From Pedobacter sp. (GTDB lineage Bacteria > Bacteroidota > Bacteroidia > Sphingobacteriales > Sphingobacteriaceae): a stretch of DNA of 64,000 bases. The translations under genes and the position numbers were made by a program. The stretch's first letter is position 1. The number at the start of each line of letters is the position of its first letter. Positions 46,856 through 55,463 of the stretch are shown here, piece by piece. The notes beneath the pieces were generated by a model, which had not been told where the DNA came from, searched no databases, and saw only the letters and a list, made by a program, of their open reading frames with translations. Where the stretch lies: contig JANXVH010000170.1 in the NCBI GenBank assembly GCA_025351765.1, forward strand, positions 65,993 to 129,992, given 5' to 3'.

Positions 46856-48745
46856 TTAAATCAGCTCCACACTTCTGCTTACAAATGCAGTCAATTCTGC
46901 ACCAGTTAACATGCCCTGAGCCAATAAAGCTAAGTCAACAGCTTGCTTGGCAAGAATGCCTTTAGTTTCCTCATTGTCTGAGGCAAGTATTTTAGCTATC
47001 AGTTTATGGTTTCCGTTAATGGCAACTTTATAACTATCCGGCATACTGCCATAAAAGCCCATACCGCCACCCATAGAAGCCATATCTTTCATACGGCGCA
47101 TAAACTCATCCATGGTAACAGTTACTGGTAACTCTTCAGGATTTAATCCAACAATCTCTACCGTATAGCCGGGTTTAACAATTGCTTTTTCGAAGACCTC
47201 TTTAACGGCCTTGCTTTGATCCTCAGACAATACCGATTCTACGTTATCATCTTTATCAATTAGTTTACTGGCAACACTAGAATCAACACGTTTTAAAGCA
47301 GTTTTTTCTAGCTTTTGCTCCAGGTGCTGAACAAAATGATTGTCTATCGGCGAATCCATTAACAATACATCGTAATCTATCTTATTGGCGCTCTGGATAA
47401 AGCTATCTTGTTTAGCCGGATCATTCGAGTAAATGTAAACTACCTGTCCGTTTTTATCTGTTTGAAGACCTTTAACTTTTTCATGATATTCTTCCAAAGT
47501 AAAGTTCTCTTTTTTAGTATTGGTTAACAACGCAAAATCTTTTGCCTTATCGTTGAACTTTTCTTCGCTCACCATTCCGTATTTTACGAATAAACCAATA
47601 TCACCCCATTTCTGTTCATAACCTTTACGGTCTTTATTGAAAAGCTCAGCAAGTTTGTCTGCCACTTTTTTGGTGATATAGCTATTTATCTTTTTTACAT
47701 TACTGTCAGCCTGTAAGAAACTCCTGGAAACATTCAAAGGAATATCCGGAGAATCTATCACACCATGCAGTAGCATTAAAAACTCAGGAACAATATCTTT
47801 TACCTCATCGGTAATAAATACCTGGCGGGAATAAAGCTTAATTTTATTCCGTTGCATGTCGAAATCGTTTTTCACCTTCGGGAAATACAATACCCCGGTA
47901 AGGTTAAAAGGATAATCTACATTCAGGTGAATCCAAAATAAAGGATCTTCCGAAAACGGATATAATTGTTTGTAAAAAGAAAGATAGTCTTCATCTGACA
48001 AATCTGCAGGTGCTTTTGTCCAGATTGGATTAGTCGTGTTGATGATGTTATCAACCTCTACGCTTTTTGTTTTAGCTTTTCCTTCTTCATCTTCTCCATC
48101 AGGTTCCTGTTCAGTTTTTGTACCAAACTTGATAGGCACAGGAAGGAATTTTCCATATTTATCAAGAATACCTTCTAGCTTATGGTTATCCAAAAACTCT
48201 TCAGATTCTGAATTAACGTGTAGAGTTATTGTAGTACCGCGTGAAGTACGGTTGCCAGCAGATATTTCAAACTCAGTACTTCCGTCGCACACCCATTTAG
48301 CTGCTTCAGCGCCTTCTTGATAAGAAAGTGTTTGGATTTCTACAAGATCTGAAACCATAAAGGCAGAATAGAAGCCTAAACCGAATTTACCGATGATTTC
48401 GTTTGCATCTTTTGCATCCTTAAACTTCTCTACAAACTCGCTGGCACCAGAGAAAGCCACCTGGTTAATATATTTCTTGATCTCTTCGGCAGTCATACCC
48501 AATCCATTGTCGGATATGGTTATGGTCTTCGCTTCCTTATCAACTGCTACTTCTACCAGTGGATTGCCAAGTTCACCATTGTACTGGCCAAGAGCTGCCA
48601 GCCTTTTAATTTTTTGAACCGCATCTACGGCATTTGAGACCAATTCTCTCAAAAAGATCTCATTGTCTGAATACAGGAATTTTTTGATGATTGGGAAAAT
48701 ATTCTCTGTATGGATTGAAATACTTCCTTTTTCTTCTATGCTCAT
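46856..48745 (-). CDS. htpG: Molecular chaperone HtpG (Hsp90)
   Basis: 629 aa, GHKL ATPase motifs RELVSNAVDA, DNGLGMT, GKFGLGFYSAF. Confidence 0.97.
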   Translation of the reverse strand: MSIEEKGSISIHTENIFPIIKKFLYSDNEIFLRELVSNAVDAVQKIKRLAALGQYNGELGNPLVEVAVDKEAKTITISDNGLGMTAEEIKKYINQVAFSGASEFVEKFKDAKDANEIIGKFGLGFYSAFMVSDLVEIQTLSYQEGAEAAKWVCDGSTEFEISAGNRTSRGTTITLHVNSESEEFLDNHKLEGILDKYGKFLPVPIKFGTKTEQEPDGEDEEGKAKTKSVEVDNIINTTNPIWTKAPADLSDEDYLSFYKQLYPFSEDPLFWIHLNVDYPFNLTGVLYFPKVKNDFDMQRNKIKLYSRQVFITDEVKDIVPEFLMLLHGVIDSPDIPLNVSRSFLQADSNVKKINSYITKKVADKLAELFNKDRKGYEQKWGDIGLFVKYGMVSEEKFNDKAKDFALLTNTKKENFTLEEYHEKVKGLQTDKNGQVVYIYSNDPAKQDSFIQSANKIDYDVLLMDSPIDNHFVQHLEQKLEKTALKRVDSSVASKLIDKDDNVESVLSEDQSKAVKEVFEKAIVKPGYTVEIVGLNPEELPVTVTMDEFMRRMKDMASMGGGMGFYGSMPDSYKVAINGNHKLIAKILASDNEETKGILAKQAVDLALLAQGMLTGAELTAFVSRSVELI

Positions 48746-48806
48746 ATGTTAACTTATTTTAAAATATAGAAAGCATATATCAATGTGTATTCCAAAGTAA
48801 AAATGT

Positions 48807-48819
48807 TGTCAAATTGACA
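48807..48819. promoter_or_regulatory. 13-bp perfect palindrome TGTCAAaTTGACA upstream of htpG (candidate operator)
   Basis: Read directly from the sequence. It lies 62-74 nt upstream of the htpG start, in the divergent htpG/DUF4397-like intergenic region. Confidence 0.3.
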
Positions 48820-48953
48820 GGGTAATTGGTGATAACACAGTGCAAATTTCAATAAATCCTTATACACGTGTAGCGTTTGCTTTGATAGTGTCGTTTCTTA
48901 TGGAAAGGAGTTAATGGCCATTACCCTATTGTTATATTAACACTATTTATCAG

Positions 48954-49637
48954 ATGAAAATTAAAACACTTATTACAGCGCTTGCGCTCACCGCTACATT
49001 GGGATCTTGTATGAAAGATGACAGCTTTACTCCTCAGCCTGTTGCAGGATTAAGCATTATACATGCCTCGCCAACTACAGAAAAGCTCGACTTATATGTC
49101 GATAATGCTAAAGCCAGCTTACCGGTAGATCTTTCTTACACTACCAAGATCGATTACCTTAATCTTTTTCCTGGTACAAGGCAACTTAGCGTCCGTAAAA
49201 AGGGTGAACAAACAGTGCTAAAAGCGGAAAACTTTACGCTTGATGCTACGGTGGGCTACTCATTGTTTGTTGCCGGAAAACTGGAAAATGTTAGCCTGTT
49301 GTTGTTGAAGGACGATTTAACATTGCCTGCTGCTGGGAAAGCCAGGGTTAGGTTTGTAAACCTTAGTCCGGATGCTCCCGCTGTCAATTTAGCCATTGTA
49401 GGTAAAGAGACAGACCTTTTTACGAACAAGGTATTTAAAGAGTATAGTACCTTTGAATCTATAGATGCGGCAGAAAAGGTGACTTTTAACTTAAAAAATA
49501 AAGAAACCGGGGCTGTTGAATCAACGCTTGTTGATATTAAAATTGAGAGCGGAAGGATTTATACCATTTGGGTTAAAGGTCTAAAAGCTGCTACAGATGA
49601 TAATAAAATTGGCTTGGCTGTTTTTCAGCACAGATAA
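48954..49637 (+). CDS. DUF4397-like lipoprotein
   Basis: Lipobox LGSC. Repeated beta units with HASPTTEKLDLYVDN and VRFVNLSPDAPAVNLAI are reminiscent of DUF4397 (from memory). Confidence 0.62.
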   Translation: MKIKTLITALALTATLGSCMKDDSFTPQPVAGLSIIHASPTTEKLDLYVDNAKASLPVDLSYTTKIDYLNLFPGTRQLSVRKKGEQTVLKAENFTLDATVGYSLFVAGKLENVSLLLLKDDLTLPAAGKARVRFVNLSPDAPAVNLAIVGKETDLFTNKVFKEYSTFESIDAAEKVTFNLKNKETGAVESTLVDIKIESGRIYTIWVKGLKAATDDNKIGLAVFQHR

Positions 49638-49656
49638 TTGAATTTTTAAGACGCGA

Positions 49657-50223
49657 ATGCTCCAACTTGAAGACCTGCTAAAGGGTTGTTTACAAAATAA
49701 GAATAAGGCTAAAGAAGCGATCTATAAATCGTTTTACGGCTATCTTATGGGAGTGGTTTTGCGGTATGTTAATGATAGGCATGATGCAGAGGAGGTGGTA
49801 AACGATTGCTTTGTGAAGGTATTTAAACATATGGCGTCGTTTACCTTTCCTGAAAACAAAGACGAGTTGCAAAAAGCCTTTAAAGGTTGGATAGCAAGAA
49901 TTTCTTCGCGTACTGCGATAGATTTTTTAAGGACAAAGAAGGTAAGAATTTATGTTGATGATATAGAAGAAAGTCAGCAGCCTATTACAGTAGTAAACGT
50001 CATCTCTAAATTGCATGCGCAGGATATCCTGAGCCTACTAAATGCTTTACCTGAAACGCAAAAAGTAATATTTAACCTTTACGAGATTGAGGGGTATTCG
50101 CATGATGAAATCTCGAAACTGCTTAACATTTCCGGTAGCTCGAGCAGGGTTTATTTAACCCGGGCAAAAAATAAATTGAGAGAACTGTATTCAAAAATTT
50201 TAATACAATCGTATGTCAATTAA
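49657..50223 (+). CDS. ECF-type RNA polymerase sigma-70 family factor
   Basis: 188 aa, region 2 (RYVNDRHDAEEVVNDCFVKVFKHM) and region 4 HTH (YEIEGYSHDEISKLLNISGSSSRVYLTRAKNKLRE). Confidence 0.9.
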   Translation: MLQLEDLLKGCLQNKNKAKEAIYKSFYGYLMGVVLRYVNDRHDAEEVVNDCFVKVFKHMASFTFPENKDELQKAFKGWIARISSRTAIDFLRTKKVRIYVDDIEESQQPITVVNVISKLHAQDILSLLNALPETQKVIFNLYEIEGYSHDEISKLLNISGSSSRVYLTRAKNKLRELYSKILIQSYVN

Positions 50224-51436
50224 GCGTTTGAAAGCATCAGATGAGCATGATCTAATTGCTCACATAAAGGGAGGGTTGGCCGACTATCAGGAGGAGTACT
50301 CACCAGGCGCATGGGAAAACTTCCAGAAGAAAGAGGGGAGAGAAAGGGGTCTTGTTTTCTGGATGGGTGGATTAAGTGGCATTGCGGCATTGCTTTTACT
50401 GAGCTTTGGGTTGTTTCTCTATGTTAAAAAGGAAAATAAGGCGTCTGTTGATGCAGTACGGTCAGTTAACTCAACAACAAATGTCAAAAAGACACTTCCT
50501 GATAACAAGAATAAGCCTGAGGTTACAAGAGACCAAAAGGCATTAGATGATTTTGTTGGGAATAAGAAAAAAAAGGCAAATGAACCGGCTAAACCATTGG
50601 ATATCATTGATAATGGTGTCTTAAGTAGTCAAATTTCTGTAACCCAAGATCCAGAAATAAAGAAGGAGCCAATAGCTAGTGGCACAGAGGTGCCTGCGGG
50701 TGTACAAATAGAGAAGAAGGTAAGGGGGATTACGCTGGATGAGTTTTTAGCCAAAGAAAATGCATCCAATAGTCAGGCTAATGCAAAGCCTGCCGCCACA
50801 GATAAGTGGGATCTTGGAGTTATCGTTGCCCCCGCTATCGGGAATTCCAAAAAATTGAATATGGGTTATGGAATGAGTATGGCATATCATATTTCTAAAA
50901 AAGTTTCCATAGGTTCGGGGCTTTCTTACAATGAGATGGATGCCTCAAAAAAAATAGGCACAGGTCAGCAGTATTATAACTCGCCCTCCAATAGTGCATT
51001 TGCCAGTGATAGTAAAAATTTGGAGGGGGTAAGCACTCAACTTACCGGGATAGACATACCTCTTGAGTTCAAGTATAAGTTAAGTGAAAGTTTTTATGCC
51101 AATGCAGGAGTTTCTGCTTTTGCAGTAATTAATCAGAAACAAAGCAACACGTACCAGCAAAACAGAGTGATGCAAAGTACAACCGTTTCTCCATCAGGAG
51201 ATCTTAAACAGCAATCCTATTTGCTTACCCAGAAGGTGACAGAAAGTGCCGATCCGGCTGAAGTCAGCAAAAGGAATCTAATCGGTTTTTATAACTTTTC
51301 TTTTGGCTATCGGCAAAAACTATCCAAAGACAGATTTATAGGCATAGAGCCTTTTATTAAAATTCCTATGAAGGATATCTCTAAAGAAAACCTGCGCCTT
51401 ATGGGCACAGGTTTAAAGGTCAGGTTTGATTTTTAG
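50213..51436 (+). CDS. Putative anti-sigma / membrane protein with an outer-membrane-beta-barrel-like C-terminal domain
   Basis: Overlaps the sigma gene by 11 nt. It has a ~45-aa N-terminal soluble segment, one TM helix (FWMGGLSGIAALLLLSFGLFLYV), a K/N/P-rich linker, and a ~210-aa region of alternating-hydrophobic beta strands ending ...GLKVRFDF (terminal aromatic). Confidence 0.6.
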   Translation: MSIKRLKASDEHDLIAHIKGGLADYQEEYSPGAWENFQKKEGRERGLVFWMGGLSGIAALLLLSFGLFLYVKKENKASVDAVRSVNSTTNVKKTLPDNKNKPEVTRDQKALDDFVGNKKKKANEPAKPLDIIDNGVLSSQISVTQDPEIKKEPIASGTEVPAGVQIEKKVRGITLDEFLAKENASNSQANAKPAATDKWDLGVIVAPAIGNSKKLNMGYGMSMAYHISKKVSIGSGLSYNEMDASKKIGTGQQYYNSPSNSAFASDSKNLEGVSTQLTGIDIPLEFKYKLSESFYANAGVSAFAVINQKQSNTYQQNRVMQSTTVSPSGDLKQQSYLLTQKVTESADPAEVSKRNLIGFYNFSFGYRQKLSKDRFIGIEPFIKIPMKDISKENLRLMGTGLKVRFDF

Positions 51437-52040
51437 CTATTTTGATATCCCTTCTAAAGCCAAAAGAAAGCTGTAGTTGAGTGCAATATCGTTTAGGTAA
51501 TCAAATCTGCCTGAAGCGCCGCCATGTCCAAAATCCATATCTGTTTTTAACAAAAGGATGTGTTTATCCGTCTTTGTGGCCCTTAACTTGGCTACCCAGC
51601 AGCACCTCTTCTTTTGCCTCAAGACTTCCTTTTTTGCGGCAATACTTATAATACTGCTTTCCATCTTCAGTTTTTGTATAGTAGAAATAACCGTTTTTTA
51701 ACACAGGAACAGATGCGTCTTTTTCTTTAATCCTTCCTTTAAGTTCATTAAACAGATTTTTTTGCAGGTTTTTAGAGCCGCTCATCATTGTATCCAGGTA
51801 GCTGTTCTCGGCAGTAAGATAGTTGACCACATTAGTACTGTCTGGTCCTTTTTTAAAATAGTCTATCATCCAGTAATAGTTGTCAATTACCGTGTCTCCA
51901 TGCTGTATGCGTGTTATAGGTTTAATTTCTGCTAGTGGAGCTTGCGCATCTGGCCATTTATAAGTTTCCATTTTATTATCTTTGTTTGTGCGGGAAATAG
52001 CTCTGGTAAACATCAAGACCCTTGATAGGATTTTTTTCAT
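51437..52040 (-). pseudogene. Oligopeptidase B / prolyl oligopeptidase (S9A) remnant with a large internal deletion
   Basis: ORF 51564..52040 encodes the S9A N-terminal ~150 aa ([50 protein letters not shown]). ORF 51437..51664, in another frame, encodes only the extreme C-terminus ([27 protein letters not shown]). The beta-propeller and the catalytic Ser region are absent. Confidence 0.8.
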
Positions 52041-52116
52041 GTCTGCGGACTTGAGGTTTGTCCTGCAAATTAAAATTTATGGGCCATAGTCTACACTTTA
52101 ATAGAGAATTAAAATT

Positions 52117-52377
52117 ATGCAACAACCTTTTGACGTTCAAATAGGAGATATCGATTACGCAGTATTCCCAGAGGGGAATGATACTTATGTAGTTTTTAAA
52201 GATGGTAAAGAGTACGTTTCCATCCAAAAAGATACAGACCTCCAGTGGATAAAGCTAGATGCTGAGACTGGAACACCAATCTTTGAGACAGATGAAGAAG
52301 TCAACAGTATTGGAAGAGAAATACTTGCCCACATACCTGAGGAGGAAGAAGACGAGGAGCCTGAAGAAGAAGATTAG
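52117..52377 (+). CDS. Small acidic protein (hypothetical)
   Basis: 86 aa with a structured-looking N-terminal ~70 aa and a polyacidic tail EEEEDEEPEEED. Coding status is not independently supported. Confidence 0.5.
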   Translation: MQQPFDVQIGDIDYAVFPEGNDTYVVFKDGKEYVSIQKDTDLQWIKLDAETGTPIFETDEEVNSIGREILAHIPEEEEDEEPEEED

Positions 52378-53912
52378 CCCGACCAGCTATCTCTATCCAA
52401 GCTTCTGTAATGGATGGCCTCTGCCAGGTGTTCCAGTTGAATGGCGTCACTACCGGCCAGGTCTGCAATGGTGCGGGATACCTTTAATATCCTGTCATAA
52501 GCCCTTGCTGATAAACCAAGCTTTTCCATTGCTTTTTTAATAAGGGCTTGTCCTGCCGGGTCAATTTGGCATATTTGTCTAACCATATTTGGGCTCATCT
52601 GTGCATTATAGTGCAACTTATGGTCGGTGATAAACCGTTGGTACTGAATATTCCTAGCGTCTATCACTCTGTTTCTAATCACTTCACTTCTTTCACCAGA
52701 AACTACAGAGGTCAATTCATTAAAGGCTACAGGTGTAACTTCAACATGCAGGTCAATCCGGTCTAGCAGTGGCCCTGATATCCTACCAAGGTATTTTTGA
52801 ACAACTCCTGGCGGGCAGGTGCATTCTTTTTCTGGGTGGTTATAGAATCCGCAGGGACAGGGGTTCATAGAAGCGATAAGCATAAAGCTACTCGGATAAT
52901 CTACACTAAGCCTAGAACGTGAAATGGTTACATGCCTGTCTTCCAGTGGCTGACGCATTACCTCCAAAACACTTCTTTTAAATTCTGGTAATTCGTCTAA
53001 AAACAGAACGCCATTATGAGCCAGGGAAATCTCGCCAGGTTGAGGGTTTGCGCCACCACCTACTAAAGCCATATCAGATATGGTATGATGGGGGCTGCGG
53101 TAAGGGCGTTCTGTCATCAGGGTAGCGGCTGCGCCGAGTTTTCCGGCAACAGAGTGTATCTTGGTAGTTTCCAATGCTTCCTGCAGACTTAAAGGCGGAA
53201 GTATTCCGGGCAATCGCTTCGCGAGCATTGTTTTTCCTGATCCCGGCGGACCAATTAATATGAGGTTATGGCCACCCGCGGCAGCAATTTCTAACGCACG
53301 CTTAATGTTTTCCTGACCTTTTACATCAGAAAAGTCGTGGTCGTAAGCGTTTACCTTTTCAAAAAACTCGTCCCTTGTTTTTACAATAACCGGCTCATGC
53401 TGTTCGGTTTTGGTAAATAGAGAGATCACATCTTTTAAGTTATTCATGCCGTAAACCATCAGCTCACTTACAATGGCCGCTTCTCTAGAGTTGTCTTTAG
53501 GGAGGATAAAGCCTTTAAATCCTGCTGTTCTGGCTTGTATAGCAATAGGTAAAGCTCCTTTAATTGGTTGCAATCCCCCGTCAAGGGAAAGCTCACCCAT
53601 AATAAAATATTTATCGATCTCGTCTATATCTATTTGCCCTGATGCAGCAAGAATGGCAATGGCAATTGGCAAATCATAAGAAGAGCCTTCTTTTCTTATA
53701 TCTGCAGGGGCAAGATTAATTACTATCTTTTGACGGGGCATTTTTAAACCTGCCGATTGTATGGCACTTTCAATACGCCTTAAACTTTCTTTGATGGCGT
53801 TATCAGGCAAACCTACAATATGATACCTGTTTCCACTACCAATGCTCACTTCTATAGTAATTGTTAAGGCATTTACGCCAAACACAGCGCTCCCATAAGT
53901 TTTTACAAGCAT
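52374..53912 (-). CDS. comM: YifB/ComM-family Mg-chelatase-like AAA+ ATPase
   Basis: 512 aa with an N-terminal Lon-protease-like domain, Walker A GPPGSGKTMLAKR, Walker B VLFLDELPEF, and a C-terminal Mg_chelatase_C region. Confidence 0.95.
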   Translation of the reverse strand: MLVKTYGSAVFGVNALTITIEVSIGSGNRYHIVGLPDNAIKESLRRIESAIQSAGLKMPRQKIVINLAPADIRKEGSSYDLPIAIAILAASGQIDIDEIDKYFIMGELSLDGGLQPIKGALPIAIQARTAGFKGFILPKDNSREAAIVSELMVYGMNNLKDVISLFTKTEQHEPVIVKTRDEFFEKVNAYDHDFSDVKGQENIKRALEIAAAGGHNLILIGPPGSGKTMLAKRLPGILPPLSLQEALETTKIHSVAGKLGAAATLMTERPYRSPHHTISDMALVGGGANPQPGEISLAHNGVLFLDELPEFKRSVLEVMRQPLEDRHVTISRSRLSVDYPSSFMLIASMNPCPCGFYNHPEKECTCPPGVVQKYLGRISGPLLDRIDLHVEVTPVAFNELTSVVSGERSEVIRNRVIDARNIQYQRFITDHKLHYNAQMSPNMVRQICQIDPAGQALIKKAMEKLGLSARAYDRILKVSRTIADLAGSDAIQLEHLAEAIHYRSLDRDSWSG

Positions 53913-53986
53913 ATTTAGTAGGTAAAATTGTACCTGCTAAACACTGTAGAATTATTGATAAAGCGGTAAAAATAAAAGAAGTTTTT

Positions 53987-55327
53987 TTACATTTTTCCTT
54001 GCGGCATTTTAGGCATGTTGCGCATCATCTTAGCTGCTGCAGCAGGATTTGAGAATTGCTTCATTACCTTACGCATGTCCTCAAATTGTTTAATAAGCTT
54101 AGTAACCTCCTCTACCTTGGTGCCAGATCCTTTAGCAATACGAAGGCGTCTGCTTTGTTGTATGCTATCAGGGTTTTCACGCTCATATTTAGTCATAGAT
54201 TGGATAACAGCTTCTACGCTTTTAAAAGCATCGTCTTCAATGTCAACGTTCTTCATCATTTTGCTAACACCCGGAATCATGCCCATCAAATCCTTCATAT
54301 TACCCATTTTCTTGATTTGCTGAATCTGGCTATAGAAGTCGTTAAAATCAAACTTATTCTTACGGATCTTTTTCTGCAATTCTGCTGCTTCTTTCTCATC
54401 AAACTGCAATTGTGCGCGTTCAACAAGTGAAACTACATCACCCATACCTAAAATACGAGAGGCCATACGCTCTGGATAGAACACATCAAGTGCTTCCATC
54501 TTTTCGCCGGTACCAATAAATTTAATCGGTTTGTTAACTACAGATTTAATAGACAGTGCTGCCCCACCCCTGGTATCACCATCCAGTTTGGTAAGGACTA
54601 CACCGGTAAAGTCAAGCCTGTCGTTAAACACTTTTGCTGTATTTACAGCATCCTGACCGGTCATGGCATCTACTACAAACAAAATTTCATGAGGCTTAGT
54701 CTTAGCCTTTACTTCAGAAATTTCGTTCATTAAGCTTTCATCAATTGAAAGGCGACCTGCCGTATCTATGATAATTACGTTATTGTTGTTCTTTTTACCT
54801 TCGGCAATCCCTTCAAGTGCAATAGCTACAGGATCTTTAGATTCCTTATTCGCATACACCGGAACACCTACCTGCTCACCAAGTATTTGCAACTGATCAA
54901 CTGCCGCAGGGCGATAAACGTCGCCAGCAACCAATAACGGCTTTTTGCCTTTATTCTTTAGGTGTAAGGCCAGTTTACCGGTAAAGGTTGTTTTACCCGC
55001 ACCGTTTAGTCCTGCAATAAGGATAATTGTTGGATTAGACTTCAGGTCAAGCTCCGTTACTTCACCGCCCATTAGCGCGGTAAGTTCATCATTCATGATC
55101 TTGGTCAGCAACTGACCAGGAGATACAGCTGTTAAGACATTTGCTCCTAAAGCTTTTTCCTTAACATCATCAGTAAAGATTTTAGCGGTCTTATAATTTA
55201 CATCTGCATCCAAAAGCGCTTTACGGATCTCTTTCATGGTCTCTGCCACGTTGATCTCTGTAATACTACCCTGTCCTTTTAAAACTTTAAATGCGCGGTC
55301 TAGCTTGTCCTGTAAATTATCAAACAT
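53987..55327 (-). CDS. ffh: Signal recognition particle protein Ffh
   Basis: 446 aa, NG domain GLNGAGKTT, DTAGRL, TKLDGD, and a Met-rich M domain. Confidence 0.97.
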   Translation of the reverse strand: MFDNLQDKLDRAFKVLKGQGSITEINVAETMKEIRKALLDADVNYKTAKIFTDDVKEKALGANVLTAVSPGQLLTKIMNDELTALMGGEVTELDLKSNPTIILIAGLNGAGKTTFTGKLALHLKNKGKKPLLVAGDVYRPAAVDQLQILGEQVGVPVYANKESKDPVAIALEGIAEGKKNNNNVIIIDTAGRLSIDESLMNEISEVKAKTKPHEILFVVDAMTGQDAVNTAKVFNDRLDFTGVVLTKLDGDTRGGAALSIKSVVNKPIKFIGTGEKMEALDVFYPERMASRILGMGDVVSLVERAQLQFDEKEAAELQKKIRKNKFDFNDFYSQIQQIKKMGNMKDLMGMIPGVSKMMKNVDIEDDAFKSVEAVIQSMTKYERENPDSIQQSRRLRIAKGSGTKVEEVTKLIKQFEDMRKVMKQFSNPAAAAKMMRNMPKMPQGKM

Positions 55328-55361
55328 CTTCTTTAATGCTTAGTGTTAAATGTATAAGCTG

Positions 55362-55369
55362 CAAAGTTA
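55362..55369 (-). promoter_or_regulatory. Candidate -7 box (TAACTTTG on the minus strand) for ffh
   Basis: Exact TAnnTTTG match about 35 nt upstream of the ffh ATG. Confidence 0.35.
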
Positions 55370-55463
55370 TTAAATTTTGCTTGTAAAGTTTGGCCCCGTT
55401 TAATGTTTATTGATCATATAGGTGGGTCAAAAGAGAAAAAATTAGGCTGACTAGGAAGCTATA

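Noticed and set aside
51437-52040. Treating ORFs 51437..51664 and 51564..52040 as two independent small genes
   Set aside because: Their products match the extreme C-terminus and the N-terminus of one S9A peptidase, and they overlap out of frame. A deletion remnant is the simpler explanation.
53918-53941. Hairpin TAGTAGGTA-aaatt-gTACCTGCTA as the ffh terminator
   Set aside because: On the transcribed minus strand the stem has a C-A mismatch and no following U-tract. It is more likely fortuitous or part of the comM promoter region.
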